Source: Candidatus Pacearchaeota archaeon (GTDB lineage: Archaea > Nanobdellota > Nanobdellia > UBA10117 > JAFCGI01). From it: DNA of 64,000 bases. Both the position numbers and the translations under genes were made by a program. The notes beneath the pieces are model-generated. The model was not told the origin of the DNA and did no database searches. It saw only the letters and a program-made list of their open reading frames with translations. The stretch spans positions 44,146 through 108,145 of the forward strand of contig JAFCGI010000003.1 in assembly GCA_017608235.1 (NCBI GenBank). The letters are read 5' to 3'. Of the stretch, positions 38,608-48,760 are shown one piece after another. Each line of letters begins with the position of its first letter. The first letter of the stretch is position 1.

Positions 38608-38754
38608 ATGTCTAAAATAATAATAAGCTAGTTTTTAAAGTATTCGAATGTTATGGACTTTTAAATTATGATAGTGCTTCTATACCTTTTTTAGTAACTC
38701 TCTAGCAGTAGTATAAATCATAAAATTTATAAGGTGAAGCACAAAGGCATAATT

Positions 38755-39561
38755 ATGGCATTACCATTTTATATCATGGCAGAGAATGATGATAGAGAAC
38801 TTCTTAAGATAGTTGAAGATTCATTTAGTTTTTTAGAATCACTAAGTGGAATAAGTATTCCTAGGAAAGTATTTGGTTCTTATTTTTGTAAGGATGATTA
38901 TGGAAGCATAGATTGGTATATCAAAGAATCTACTGATTATAATCCATATGCTAAAAAGAAGCAAGTTAATGCTGCTAATTTATTTAATTTATTTGGTAAA
39001 GAACCCTGGCAGGAACAAAATAGACATTATGAATTAATGGTTTTAAATAATGATTTATTTGTTAAAAATACTAGGTTTATATTTGGCCTTACTTGTAAAA
39101 AAATAGATTTTAATGGGAAATTAAAAGATGATTTACTTTGTGAGCAAATATATGGTAGAGCTGAGAATAAAGTTATTAGAGAACGGAAACCATATATATC
39201 TGGGATTGTTCAATCTGCTTATAGAATTAAGAATTGGTATGGAGAAGAATGGAAACCTGCTTTTAAGACTATGATATTACACGAGCTTGGGCATTTCTAT
39301 GGATTGGCTGCAGAATCTAATCCTAATATGCTAAAACCTGGTGATAGACGTACAAAAAATATGTTAGATGTTTGGCATTGTAACAATAGAGATTGTATTA
39401 TGGAGCAAGTTAATATCGCAGGGAGGTTAGATTTGTTAGAAAAAACAAAATATCTAAATAAACATAATTCTAAGCTATTCTGCGAGTATGATTTAGAAGC
39501 ATTAAAAAAAAACATCTGCAAGTTGTATTCTTCAAGAAATGGAATTAAAATCTTAAATTAG
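38755..39561 (+). CDS. Archaemetzincin-like zinc metallopeptidase (M54-like)
   Basis: HELGHFYGL (HExxHxxG) followed by HCNNRDCIM, which is the archaemetzincin CX4CXM element. The track ORF starts at GTG 38734. Confidence 0.55.
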   Translation: MALPFYIMAENDDRELLKIVEDSFSFLESLSGISIPRKVFGSYFCKDDYGSIDWYIKESTDYNPYAKKKQVNAANLFNLFGKEPWQEQNRHYELMVLNNDLFVKNTRFIFGLTCKKIDFNGKLKDDLLCEQIYGRAENKVIRERKPYISGIVQSAYRIKNWYGEEWKPAFKTMILHELGHFYGLAAESNPNMLKPGDRRTKNMLDVWHCNNRDCIMEQVNIAGRLDLLEKTKYLNKHNSKLFCEYDLEALKKNICKLYSSRNGIKILN

Positions 39562-39619
39562 AGGAGTTATTTACTTTTCTGTTATTTACTTTTACTAGTT
39601 GAGTTTGTAAAGCTAATTT

Positions 39620-39904
39620 TTAGAATGAATAATAATTTTCAAAAAGTATTTTAGATTTGGAGTTCTTATGCTTTGTTTTTTCTTTTTCTCGCTCCTGTAA
39701 ATGAACATGGTATTTTAAGTGACAAGTATAACAGATTGCTTTTAGATTATCTAAAGTATTTCTACCTCCTTTTGAAATTGGAACTATGTGATGTGCATAT
39801 AATCTTATGCGCGTCTTTCCACAATCTTCGCAAGTATAGTTTGCTAGCTCTTTTACGCGCTTACTTAAATCTTTCCAATAAGGCCATTTATTGCTATAAT
39901 CCAT
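39620..39904 (-). CDS. HNH endonuclease (small, stand-alone)
   Basis: CEDCGKTRIRLYAHHIVPISKGGRNTLDNLKAICYTCHLKYH is an intact HNH/zinc motif. Length 94 aa. Confidence 0.65.
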   Translation of the reverse strand: MDYSNKWPYWKDLSKRVKELANYTCEDCGKTRIRLYAHHIVPISKGGRNTLDNLKAICYTCHLKYHVHLQEREKEKTKHKNSKSKILFENYYSF

Positions 39905-39956
39905 AATTTTCTATTCCTGTATTTTTCAGCTGTGTTTAAGATTTGTTTTTTATTTC

Positions 39957-40478
39957 CTAATTTAATTCCATATGAAAAATTCTTTTTTTATTTTGGATTT
40001 GTTTATCTTTATCTAATATGTCCAAAGAGAATTTTGTTTGAGTTACTCCTAAGTCTTGCAGAAAGCAAAGACATTGATAATAGATGCTATTTTTAGATTC
40101 TTCTAAATTATAAAGATTTGAAACTGTTAGATTTAGTAATCTTTGTGCTACTAAATTCTCAAGATCTTGTTCTGATATTGCATTGTAATTACTATATGCT
40201 ATTAATTTATGTGCATCGCTTGGGAATATCTCATAATTTATGGAATATACTATAGTTGTATTAGCATTGACTTTATAATTTAGTCTTAAATTATGTTCTC
40301 TTCTATCTATAAATGCTATTTTCTTTTTAAAAAGATAAGATAGATTGCTCTCAGTATAGTGATTATTCAGAGGACCTTTAATTTCATCTTTTGTAATTAT
40401 ATATTTAGTATTTGGATTATTCTGGAGGTACTTTTTAAAGGCCCTCTTTCTAACATTTATTACTTGCATAAGATACAT
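39957..40478 (-). CDS. Hypothetical protein (last gene of the 8-gene operon)
   Basis: 173 aa with no recognisable motif. Start lies 3 nt after the AAA ATPase stop. Confidence 0.4.
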   Translation of the reverse strand: MYLMQVINVRKRAFKKYLQNNPNTKYIITKDEIKGPLNNHYTESNLSYLFKKKIAFIDRREHNLRLNYKVNANTTIVYSINYEIFPSDAHKLIAYSNYNAISEQDLENLVAQRLLNLTVSNLYNLEESKNSIYYQCLCFLQDLGVTQTKFSLDILDKDKQIQNKKRIFHMELN

Positions 40479-40480
40479 GG

Positions 40481-41677
40481 TTATTTATACTCATAGACTA
40501 GATTTACAAGATCTTGTCCTAATCCTCCCTCACCATTCTTTTTAATATGGTCTTTAGCTTCTTTGATCCAATCTAAGAATACAGATGTGTTAGGGTGATA
40601 AAGTGCATATTCTAAATCTCTGTTGTTAATTGGATCTAAGCTATTAATATCATTATCTTTATTTCTAGCTAATGCTAGTTCTGCTGCAATATTACAAATA
40701 TTTTCAATATCTTTTCCAGTATATATACCAAAGTTATTTGATGCTTGTGCTAATAATTTTAAGTTAACATTTGAACTAATTTTACTTTTTTTAAGTTTAA
40801 CTTTATAAATTTCCTCTATAGCTTTAATATCTGGTTGTGGGACAAATAGTGTTCTATTGAATCTTCTTCTTACTGCAGGATCTATCTTCCAGATATAGTT
40901 TGTGGCACCTATTACAATTGCTGCATGATTATTTTCTTTTATATATTCATCAAAATCAGATAATGAAGTTAGTAGCTGATTAGTTTGGGACTGCGCATAA
41001 TGGGATCTAGTCTTGGTTCTCCTGCCTGCTATTGCATCTATTTCATCTAGTAATACTATACATGGAGAGTATTCTTTTGCTTCTTCAAAAATTGCTTTTA
41101 TGTTTTTTTCTGTATTACCTACATATGGATCTAGTATTTCTGCTAAAGACCTATGAATAAAATATGCTCTTGCTTCACCTGCTGCTGCTTCCACACTAAA
41201 AGTTTTACCACATCCTTGCGGGCCATGAAGCAATATGCTTCCTCCGCTAGATAATCCAAGAGCTTGCCTCTTTTGGCTATAAGTTTGATCTCTTAGTGGA
41301 GTTATGATCATATTATAGATTTGTTCTTTGAAGTAATTCATGCCTCCAATGTCTCTAAAAGTTGTTTTTGGTATTTCTGGCTTTCTGAAGTTTTTCTCAT
41401 AGTCTAGATTTCTTCTTGCTTTAGACTTTCTCTGATTTTTTGGAAATGCGGAAGGTTTATCATCTTCTACATAATATATAGCTTCTATCTTTAATGCTCT
41501 TTTTTTAAGATTTAGTGCTTTTTTTTTAGCATCAAAATCTAAGCTTTCTTTGAATCTTTTACTATATTCAGCTACTGCTGCTTGGTAATTTATTAGTGCT
41601 CCATATAGATCGCCTTTTTTTTCTTTACGCCGTGCTTGAATTTCTAATCTGCGTGCAGAGTCAATCAACTTAATCAC
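40481..41677 (-). CDS. MIT-domain AAA+ ATPase of the Vps4/CdvC (meiotic-clade) type
   Basis: N-terminal MIT-like three-helix region RRLEIQARRKEKKGDLYGALINYQAAVAEYSKRFKE…ALKIEAIYY (compare Vps4 …GNYEEALQLYQHAVQYF…). Walker A LLHGPQGCGKT. Walker B IVLLDEIDA. GATNYIWKIDPAVRRRFNRTLFVPQP matches the Vps4 GATNIPW.LD.AIRRRFE.RIYIPLP. Confidence 0.85.
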   Translation of the reverse strand: MIKLIDSARRLEIQARRKEKKGDLYGALINYQAAVAEYSKRFKESLDFDAKKKALNLKKRALKIEAIYYVEDDKPSAFPKNQRKSKARRNLDYEKNFRKPEIPKTTFRDIGGMNYFKEQIYNMIITPLRDQTYSQKRQALGLSSGGSILLHGPQGCGKTFSVEAAAGEARAYFIHRSLAEILDPYVGNTEKNIKAIFEEAKEYSPCIVLLDEIDAIAGRRTKTRSHYAQSQTNQLLTSLSDFDEYIKENNHAAIVIGATNYIWKIDPAVRRRFNRTLFVPQPDIKAIEEIYKVKLKKSKISSNVNLKLLAQASNNFGIYTGKDIENICNIAAELALARNKDNDINSLDPINNRDLEYALYHPNTSVFLDWIKEAKDHIKKNGEGGLGQDLVNLVYEYK

Positions 41678-41742
41678 CTCCTAGCTATAAAATTTCTAAA
41701 TATATAAAATCAGATTCCAAAAGTTCTGACTCTGGAATCATT

Positions 41743-42360
41743 TTACTCTTCTTCATTTGCTAACGAATTTGATCTGTTCTGTACTGGTCTATATATTTGG
41801 TTTATAAAATCATCCATATTCCCTTCAGCATATTGTGGATCATTATCTAGCTGTTCTCTTTCATAAAGAAGTTCTTGCGAATACTCAGATAGTTCTCTCA
41901 TATTCCCTGCATGGTCATATTTTCTTGAGTTACTAATTATACTAAATAGGCTTTTTTTAGGGATTATGCGTCTGCTATGTTTTGCAACTTTGATTAATTC
42001 TCTATCTGCTTTTTTTCCTATAATACCTGCTTCTGCTCTTGCTGTAGCCTCGCATACAATTAAAAATCTTTCAGCCATTAGATCCATAGCAATTCTTGCT
42101 TGCTCATATATCTCTGACTTAACATTAAGCTCTGCTTCTCCTATCTTTTTATCATTATATTTTTTAGCAGCAACTAATGCTTCTTTTCGCTTTTGTCTAT
42201 AATCCTTACATGCTTCTTCATATAGTGCTTCTATTTTAGTTCTTGAGTTAGTAATGGTATCTATTTTTTTCATTTCCCTATGTTCTTTCCTTATTTTTCT
42301 ATTCTGTTCATAACCTAATGCTTTGAGTGCTTTTTTTCTTCTCATTTTAATAACCTCCAT
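41743..42360 (-). CDS. Small charged alpha-helical protein (candidate ESCRT-III/Snf7/PspA-like; speculative)
   Basis: 205 aa. The N-terminal half is basic (MRRKKALKAL…RKIRKEHREMKK). It is predicted helical with heptad character, and the C-terminus is acidic (…DDFINQ…ANEEE). The ORF overlaps neighbours on both sides. Confidence 0.4.
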   Translation of the reverse strand: MEVIKMRRKKALKALGYEQNRKIRKEHREMKKIDTITNSRTKIEALYEEACKDYRQKRKEALVAAKKYNDKKIGEAELNVKSEIYEQARIAMDLMAERFLIVCEATARAEAGIIGKKADRELIKVAKHSRRIIPKKSLFSIISNSRKYDHAGNMRELSEYSQELLYEREQLDNDPQYAEGNMDDFINQIYRPVQNRSNSLANEEE

Positions 42361-43529
42361 CCTCCCCTACTTTCTTTATAGAGGAAAAGATCATGAAGAA
42401 TATCTGTGGCTATGCTGCCTCTGATGTTAAACTTTTTCTCTAGATAATTTGATTTTATATCAAAGGCATCTACATTATTATAGAGAAAACTTGCAAATGA
42501 ATCTGAGGAGCTTGATCTTTTTATCCAAGTAGAAAAATATTCATTTACTTTGTTATGCATGCAAACTAGCTTATTATTTGTAAGGTTTAATAAGAATATA
42601 GAAGATGTTTCAAATTCATTATTTTCAAGTTTACTTAGATCCAAATTTCTACTGAATTTATTTGTTAGAAGTATTTCTAATTTATATGTTAAAAGGTCTT
42701 CATTAGCTCTTAATATTAGTGAGTTTAAATCTGCATTTTTGGCTTCAGATACATACTTGACAGAAATTGCTAATGGAAACTTTCTATTAGGTCTTAGTGT
42801 TAAACCATAATTATCTATTTCTAGTTGTTTTTGGATTTGTTTTCTTTTTGGTTTTTTATATATGTTTGGAGGAATAAATTCTATTGGAGTTTTAATTAGT
42901 TTATATTGCAAATTTTTAATATATGTTTTTGCAAGATCTGGTAATGGCTCTAAGTCTTTTTTTGCTAAAGTTATAGTTTTATTATATATTGAAGTATTAG
43001 GTTCTATTGTTTCTGAGTTTCCTAATCTATAGAATACGGATTGGATGTTTTCTTGCTCTTTTAGGAGCCAAGATTTATTTAGTATATCTAGGTAAGATTC
43101 TAAACTCTCTAGTTCTGAGTTTAAATTGTTTTTAAATTTTAGTTCTGTAGCTGCTTCTGTAAAATATTTTGATAGCTCCTTATCAAAAAAGAAGATATAG
43201 TTTCTGATATTTTGTGCAAGAGCTATATCTTGTAAATGATAATTTTTTTCTGGAGTAGAGATTAGTTTATCTTGAGTATCTATGTTTTTCTTTAAGAGGA
43301 TTGCCTTGTTTAGAGTTGTTTTTATATTTTGAAAATAAGGGTCATTGCTATCTAAATGTTCAGCCATTAGAGATTCTAGATCTGAAATTGTTTGATTTAA
43401 GCTTAAAATTATATTGGATCTTGCATAAGATGCTTTTCTCTCATATCTTGAGATTACTGCCTCCCAAATATGTGGGAGTATCTTAAATCCAATACTTGTT
43501 ATATTTGTTATAGGTTCAATAGTTGTCAT
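42342..43529 (-). CDS. Hypothetical protein (operon member)
   Basis: 395 aa with no known motif. Tightly packed in the operon. Confidence 0.4.
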   Translation of the reverse strand: MTTIEPITNITSIGFKILPHIWEAVISRYERKASYARSNIILSLNQTISDLESLMAEHLDSNDPYFQNIKTTLNKAILLKKNIDTQDKLISTPEKNYHLQDIALAQNIRNYIFFFDKELSKYFTEAATELKFKNNLNSELESLESYLDILNKSWLLKEQENIQSVFYRLGNSETIEPNTSIYNKTITLAKKDLEPLPDLAKTYIKNLQYKLIKTPIEFIPPNIYKKPKRKQIQKQLEIDNYGLTLRPNRKFPLAISVKYVSEAKNADLNSLILRANEDLLTYKLEILLTNKFSRNLDLSKLENNEFETSSIFLLNLTNNKLVCMHNKVNEYFSTWIKRSSSSDSFASFLYNNVDAFDIKSNYLEKKFNIRGSIATDILHDLFLYKESRGGWRLLK

Positions 43530-43765
43530 AGAAATATTAAGACGATACTAATATAAGTATGAATTTAGCTTAAATTTTCTGAATAAAGACTTCATAAGTT
43601 GTAAGATCTTTCAGTAACTTTTATTTTTATCTAGTGGCAATATGCTAAAATATATATTTTATGTATGTGAGCTATATTTGTATATGTATTTTTTATGTTT
43701 TGAACTTATATATTTTATAGATTATTTAAATATGTCTTTTATAGTTCTCAGGCTAATAGAATATT

Positions 43766-45055
43766 CTAGGGTTTATATTTTTTGTACATATTTAGTTTTT
43801 GTATTTTTTCTTGCAGATCTTCATACTTATCAAAATCTTTGTAAATATTAATTCTTGTATTTTTTACACCACTATTTTTTAATAATTTTCCTATAATCAA
43901 TATACTTGACATTCCATAGAAATCCATATCTGTTAAACAAATATTTGTTTCTCCTAAATAAAAATCATATAGATGGTATACAAAATATGCTATTAATATA
44001 TCGTATGTAGTTATTCCCCCCATACCTCTTTTGCTTTTTCTTGCATCTTCTTGGCGAATCTTACGCCTTATACATCTAGTACCTGGAATTTTTTTAAGAA
44101 CTATATCTATAGCACGTCTATTTTTCTTAAAGCCTTCTAAAAAATCTAAAATCGATATAGTATAGTCTCTAAATCTATAATTAACTACTACACTAAGATC
44201 ATTCTTTACGTGAACATACTTAAAATTATTTTTATTGGTATGAATCACTAACTGGGATAAATATTCTGTTATAATTAGATTTTTTTTATAATGCTCTGCT
44301 TCTTCTTTTGCAAAGTTTAAAAAATCTGATATTATTTCTTTTTGTAATTCATAAATTTCTTTTTGTGACTTATAATTTAACTTTGGATTATTTATTCTTT
44401 CTTCTAAATTAGAAGAATATAGTCTAGAAGGATGTAGTTTTTTTCTTTTTTTAATAAGCGACTTTAATATTTCCTCTTGTCTGTGTGCAGAATCATAATT
44501 GGGATCAATTTCAATAGATTTTCTAATATAATTGAGCGCTTCTTCATACCTCCCAGACCATTTTAAAGCTAGTGCTTTATTATAAAACAAAATAGGATTA
44601 GGTAGTTTTTCTAGAGTTAATGCTTTGTCATAGTATACTATTGCTTCTTTATATTTTTTAAGTTCAGTAAGTATTTTACCTTTTAAATTATAATACTTAG
44701 AATTATTTGGGTCTATTTTAATAGCTTTGTTAATTATTTCTAATGACTCCTGATGATTGTTGGCTTCCCTTACTTTCTTATAATATGCATTTGCAAATTG
44801 TGGATCTATAGATATAGATGGAGCGAGCTTTTTGGCAGAATCCATATCTTTTAGGGCGCTATCTGTTTGATTTAATTTTAAAAGAATTAATGCTCGCTGA
44901 TGGTATGCTCTAGCACTTTCAGAATATTCTGATATGTAGTTATTGATTATTCTCAGAGCTTTTTGATATTCTTTAAGCTTATAAAGTGTTCTTGCTTCTG
45001 CAAACCAGGCATCTTGTTCTATATCCATATTAGTTCTTCCAAGCTTTTTATACAT
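43766..45055 (-). CDS. TPR-repeat protein with a C-terminal domain of unknown function
   Basis: Five or more 34-aa TPR-like units (…AYHQRALILLKLNQTDSALKDMDSAKKLAP…, …NAIKIDPNNSKYYNLKGKILTELKKYKEAIVYYDKALTLEK…). Length 429 aa. Confidence 0.55.
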   Translation of the reverse strand: MYKKLGRTNMDIEQDAWFAEARTLYKLKEYQKALRIINNYISEYSESARAYHQRALILLKLNQTDSALKDMDSAKKLAPSISIDPQFANAYYKKVREANNHQESLEIINKAIKIDPNNSKYYNLKGKILTELKKYKEAIVYYDKALTLEKLPNPILFYNKALALKWSGRYEEALNYIRKSIEIDPNYDSAHRQEEILKSLIKKRKKLHPSRLYSSNLEERINNPKLNYKSQKEIYELQKEIISDFLNFAKEEAEHYKKNLIITEYLSQLVIHTNKNNFKYVHVKNDLSVVVNYRFRDYTISILDFLEGFKKNRRAIDIVLKKIPGTRCIRRKIRQEDARKSKRGMGGITTYDILIAYFVYHLYDFYLGETNICLTDMDFYGMSSILIIGKLLKNSGVKNTRINIYKDFDKYEDLQEKIQKLNMYKKYKP

Positions 45056-47777
45056 TTTCTCTTACCTTGCGATAACAATCGTAAGCTTCTTTAAATTTAC
45101 CTTGTGCTTCGAGTACTTGACCTTTTTGATAGTTTGCTTGTTTATTTTCTGGTTCTAGATATAAAATTGAATCTAAGGTGCTCATTGCATGAGCATATAG
45201 TCTTCGATTGCTATAATACTTTGATATAAAAATTGCTTTATCTAAGTACCCTAAAAAATCCGAATAATAATGAAGTCTGTGCTTTCTTTTATTTTTAACA
45301 AGCTGCCTTTTCATTAGGCTCATAATTGCTGCGCCTATTGCAAATTCTAAATAAGAATAATTTACCAATCCTCCTATTAGTAATACTTCTAATATGTTTT
45401 TTGGATAGATTTTTCGTTTTAATTTCTTAATTTTAGGTGTATGTTTGACTAAAGTATCTAATGCTGTTCTTTTGAAATATCTTTTACCAAGTTTTTTATT
45501 GATTTCTTCAACACTTACTGGTTCCTCATATATTTTTCTCTCATTTAGACCTTGTCGTACAGATATATTTATTTTAGTATCATCTGCAGTATATGTTATT
45601 CTATAATTTTTAAATCTTAAAGTCATACTATTTTTATATATTTGCTCTATCGAAAATGCAGACTTATATAGCCTTGCTTCCATTAATACTAATCTTAATA
45701 TATTTTTAGAAGAAAATCTACAGTTTCTTAGCTTTGATATTTTAGTCTTTGGCAATATTATGTTATATTGCTTTAGAACTGCATCCATATGAATCGGGCT
45801 TAAATCTAGAGCTTTTTTTGGGTCAGTTTTAAAAAGGTACCAAGCCTCTGCATTATATCTGTTTAATTCTAAAGCGCGAGTATATGATTTTATTCTTTGA
45901 TCAGATTCTTGGCGACTTGCTAGATCTAAATAGGCATTAGCTAGTTCTGAAGAAACTTCAGAATTTTTTGCTAATGCTATTGATTTCTCAAATAAATAAA
46001 TTGCTTCCTCTAAATTTTTAGAAGATTTCCGTTTATTATATATTTTATGCCCTAGTTCATAGAATGCTTCTGCTGCAATCTTTTTGATTTCTTTATTAGA
46101 AGAATAACTTAGAGCTTTTTCGAAATGTTTGATGGCTTTTCTATGTTTTTTCTTATTTAGTACTTTTTTAGCTTGTCTAAAATGAATTTGGGAGATATAG
46201 CTTTCTGCAGCAAAATTTTTGTAAGGTAGTATTGCTTCCAAATAGTTTAGGGCAGACTTATACTTTTTTTTATTTATAAGCTGTTTTGCTAGGCTAAACC
46301 AAATTTTTGGGCTGATATCATTATTTTTCTTTAGATAAATACGCTTAGCTCTCTTACTAAACTTATATGCTTTTTTATGCTGTCCATCTTTTTCTAATGC
46401 TAATGCCTTATAATATAAAGCCTCATAATTCTTAGAATCTAGTTCTATAGCCTTTTCAGAGTTTATGATTGCTCGTTTATAACTATTTAATTCAATATTT
46501 GTTTTAGCTTCTAAAATTCTTAGCTGAATTTGATTTGGATTATAGTCTAATGCTCTATTTATTAATCTTAATTTTCGTTTCAAAAAGATACTATTTTTTT
46601 TATCTTCTGGTTTTGTTTGCAAATTTGCAAAACTAAAATAGGCATCTGCTAGATCTGGTTTTATTTCATTTGCTCTATCTGGTGCAAATACTAATATTTC
46701 TTCAAGAATTTTTATTCTTTCTTTGAGGTTAGTTTCAGTTTTAGAAATGCCTATTCTTGCGTTTATAGAAAAAGGATCATATTTTAATGTTTGATCAAAG
46801 AATTTTTTAGCTTTTTTAAGATTTTTTTGTCTTAGAGCTAACTTTCCTCGTATCTCTAAAGTATATGGGTCTAAATTTTGTTCTAGAAGTTCTTCTAATT
46901 TCATATCTGCAGACGTATCAGCAAATTCATCAATAGAATTATTATTTGAGAATTGAAGCTTACTAATTTGCTCGCTAAAAAATAAATTTAGTGCTGTAAG
47001 CTGATCTATTTTTTTATAGGCTAAGTCTATGAAGTTATCTATTTTTTTATTGCATCTTTCTTTGTTAATCTTTGATTTATTATTTGGCGATAACTTTTTA
47101 CTTAATTCGTAATGTTTTGATATAATTTTTTTTTCTTTATTTTTAAGTTTAACTATATCTAAAATTACTTGAAGATAGTCTAGAACTTCTTTTTGTTTTT
47201 CTAAAAAATCAGATTGTATGTCTTGATATTTTATACTTAGTGCATTACTTAACTTGTATATTTTCTTATTCCAAGAAATATTTGACTTTAAATCTTTTTT
47301 TAATTGTCTTAGATTTTTAGCTTTTAGTATTTTTCTTACTTTTTGATCTTTTTTTGCAACCAAAGATGTTACAAATGGATTATTAAAATATTTAGTAACT
47401 GTATAATTTTGGCTGTCTTCTGGCATAATTATTTCTTGTCCAAATGATAATGCAGTATTTAGAAAAATCTCATTTAGGTCTGAAAATAAATGCTTATATA
47501 GTTCATAACTATGAGCTAATATATGTGCATTGTCTAGTATTTTAAATTCTTTTGCACCTAGATTAGCACTCTCTTCTAATATATCAAGCATATATAATGC
47601 TTTATTTAGTTTTTTATCTCTTCGTCTATTATAGAAGTTTAAATATGATTGATATTTTATATCTTGTTTTGCTATATTTTTTTTAGTAATCTTTTGTAAT
47701 CTAGCTTTGATTTTTTTTAGATTCTTCTTTCTACGCTTATTTTTCTTTGCTTCAGATATAAATTCCTTCCTATTCAT
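45048..47777 (-). CDS. Large TPR-repeat protein (909 aa) with an N-terminal Lys-rich coiled-coil region
   Basis: Many TPR units (…YEALYYKALALEKDGQHKKAYKFSKRAKRI…, …AEAWYLFKTDPKKALDLSP…). The C-terminal region has a hydrophobic segment LLIGGLVNYSYLEFAIGAAIMSLM. Confidence 0.55.
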   Translation of the reverse strand: MNRKEFISEAKKNKRRKKNLKKIKARLQKITKKNIAKQDIKYQSYLNFYNRRRDKKLNKALYMLDILEESANLGAKEFKILDNAHILAHSYELYKHLFSDLNEIFLNTALSFGQEIIMPEDSQNYTVTKYFNNPFVTSLVAKKDQKVRKILKAKNLRQLKKDLKSNISWNKKIYKLSNALSIKYQDIQSDFLEKQKEVLDYLQVILDIVKLKNKEKKIISKHYELSKKLSPNNKSKINKERCNKKIDNFIDLAYKKIDQLTALNLFFSEQISKLQFSNNNSIDEFADTSADMKLEELLEQNLDPYTLEIRGKLALRQKNLKKAKKFFDQTLKYDPFSINARIGISKTETNLKERIKILEEILVFAPDRANEIKPDLADAYFSFANLQTKPEDKKNSIFLKRKLRLINRALDYNPNQIQLRILEAKTNIELNSYKRAIINSEKAIELDSKNYEALYYKALALEKDGQHKKAYKFSKRAKRIYLKKNNDISPKIWFSLAKQLINKKKYKSALNYLEAILPYKNFAAESYISQIHFRQAKKVLNKKKHRKAIKHFEKALSYSSNKEIKKIAAEAFYELGHKIYNKRKSSKNLEEAIYLFEKSIALAKNSEVSSELANAYLDLASRQESDQRIKSYTRALELNRYNAEAWYLFKTDPKKALDLSPIHMDAVLKQYNIILPKTKISKLRNCRFSSKNILRLVLMEARLYKSAFSIEQIYKNSMTLRFKNYRITYTADDTKINISVRQGLNERKIYEEPVSVEEINKKLGKRYFKRTALDTLVKHTPKIKKLKRKIYPKNILEVLLIGGLVNYSYLEFAIGAAIMSLMKRQLVKNKRKHRLHYYSDFLGYLDKAIFISKYYSNRRLYAHAMSTLDSILYLEPENKQANYQKGQVLEAQGKFKEAYDCYRKVRENV

Positions 47778-48760
47778 TCTTCTTCAGTAGCTTTTTCGCA
47801 CAGCGAGTCCAGCGCATAATAAATAGCTTCTTCTTCAAAATCTTCTCCAATCATTGAGTCTAAAAATTTATCATAGAAATCTGTGTGAATACTGCTTAGA
47901 TCTAATGTATCTGAAAGTACAAAATCTCTTGCCCTATTTAAGATAAGCTTGTTAAGTTCCATTAATTCATTTATTCTGTAATATGAGAAGCTGCAAAATT
48001 CAGTAATTATTTTAGTTTCTAGATTTCTATTATACTTTGCATCTTCACTATCTTTGCTACATAATTTGGCATCAGCTTCATAAAAAGAGATTAATACTTC
48101 TGCTTCGTCTAGCTTTTGATAAATCCTTTTAATAACTTTTTTTCTATAACTAATAACTTTTTTTTGCAGATTTATAAATTTATTATGTAATCTCTTAGTC
48201 CTTTCTTCACTTTCTAGCATATTTGTTGGTATAATTCTATTCCATTTTAAACTAGATTTTAAGAATTTTCTAATATATTTAAAATTAATATCTTCTTTTT
48301 TAAGTTCTGGCTTATTTATATTTAAGGTAAAGAAAGCATCTTTGTATTCATTAAGCAATATATTATCTTTTGTATCATACTTTAATTCCTTAAGGAATGA
48401 TTCTGTTAGATAACTTAATTCCTCTTTTAAATTATTAGTCCATATAGGAGCATTATTATCATAATTAAATACATATCCATCAACCCATGTTCCTACTGGG
48501 TGCGATATGTTAGCACCCCTTTTTGCATTATCTGAGATTTTGCTATTTAGTTTAATTATATTTTCAAAACACTTATCTAGCTGCTTATAATATTCACTTC
48601 TAATTTCTTTATGTTTTTCTGCAAAAGAATTAAATTTTGTTCTTGCTTTTTTTGCTTTTTTTTTTCTTTTATTATATTTTTTACTCTCCATATTTAATCT
48701 TTTTCTAGTTTTAGCTAATTGACTCATAATATCACCTTTGGAGATCTTTAGATATATCAT
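47774..48760 (-). CDS. Hypothetical coiled-coil protein (operon member)
   Basis: 328 aa. Lys-rich N-terminus. No known motif. Confidence 0.4.
   Translation of the reverse strand: MIYLKISKGDIMSQLAKTRKRLNMESKKYNKRKKKAKKARTKFNSFAEKHKEIRSEYYKQLDKCFENIIKLNSKISDNAKRGANISHPVGTWVDGYVFNYDNNAPIWTNNLKEELSYLTESFLKELKYDTKDNILLNEYKDAFFTLNINKPELKKEDINFKYIRKFLKSSLKWNRIIPTNMLESEERTKRLHNKFINLQKKVISYRKKVIKRIYQKLDEAEVLISFYEADAKLCSKDSEDAKYNRNLETKIITEFCSFSYYRINELMELNKLILNRARDFVLSDTLDLSSIHTDFYDKFLDSMIGEDFEEEAIYYALDSLCEKATEEE

Noticed and set aside
38453-38608. Plus-strand tRNA reading of the AGCCCCG…CGGGGCT element
   Set aside because: The acceptor pairing is strand-symmetric. Only the minus strand gives a T-arm (ACTGG/TTCGAAT/CCGGT) and an anticodon stem-loop.
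41743-42360. Confident annotation of the 205-aa protein as CdvB/ESCRT-III
   Set aside because: Only charge polarity and helical character support it, and no diagnostic motif could be verified by eye. It is kept as a hypothesis in the findings, not as a feature call.
43642-43851. 69-aa ORF in the gap between operon genes
   Set aside because: AT-rich low-complexity (Tyr/Phe/Leu) with no RBS. Probably an intergenic promoter or spacer within the operon.
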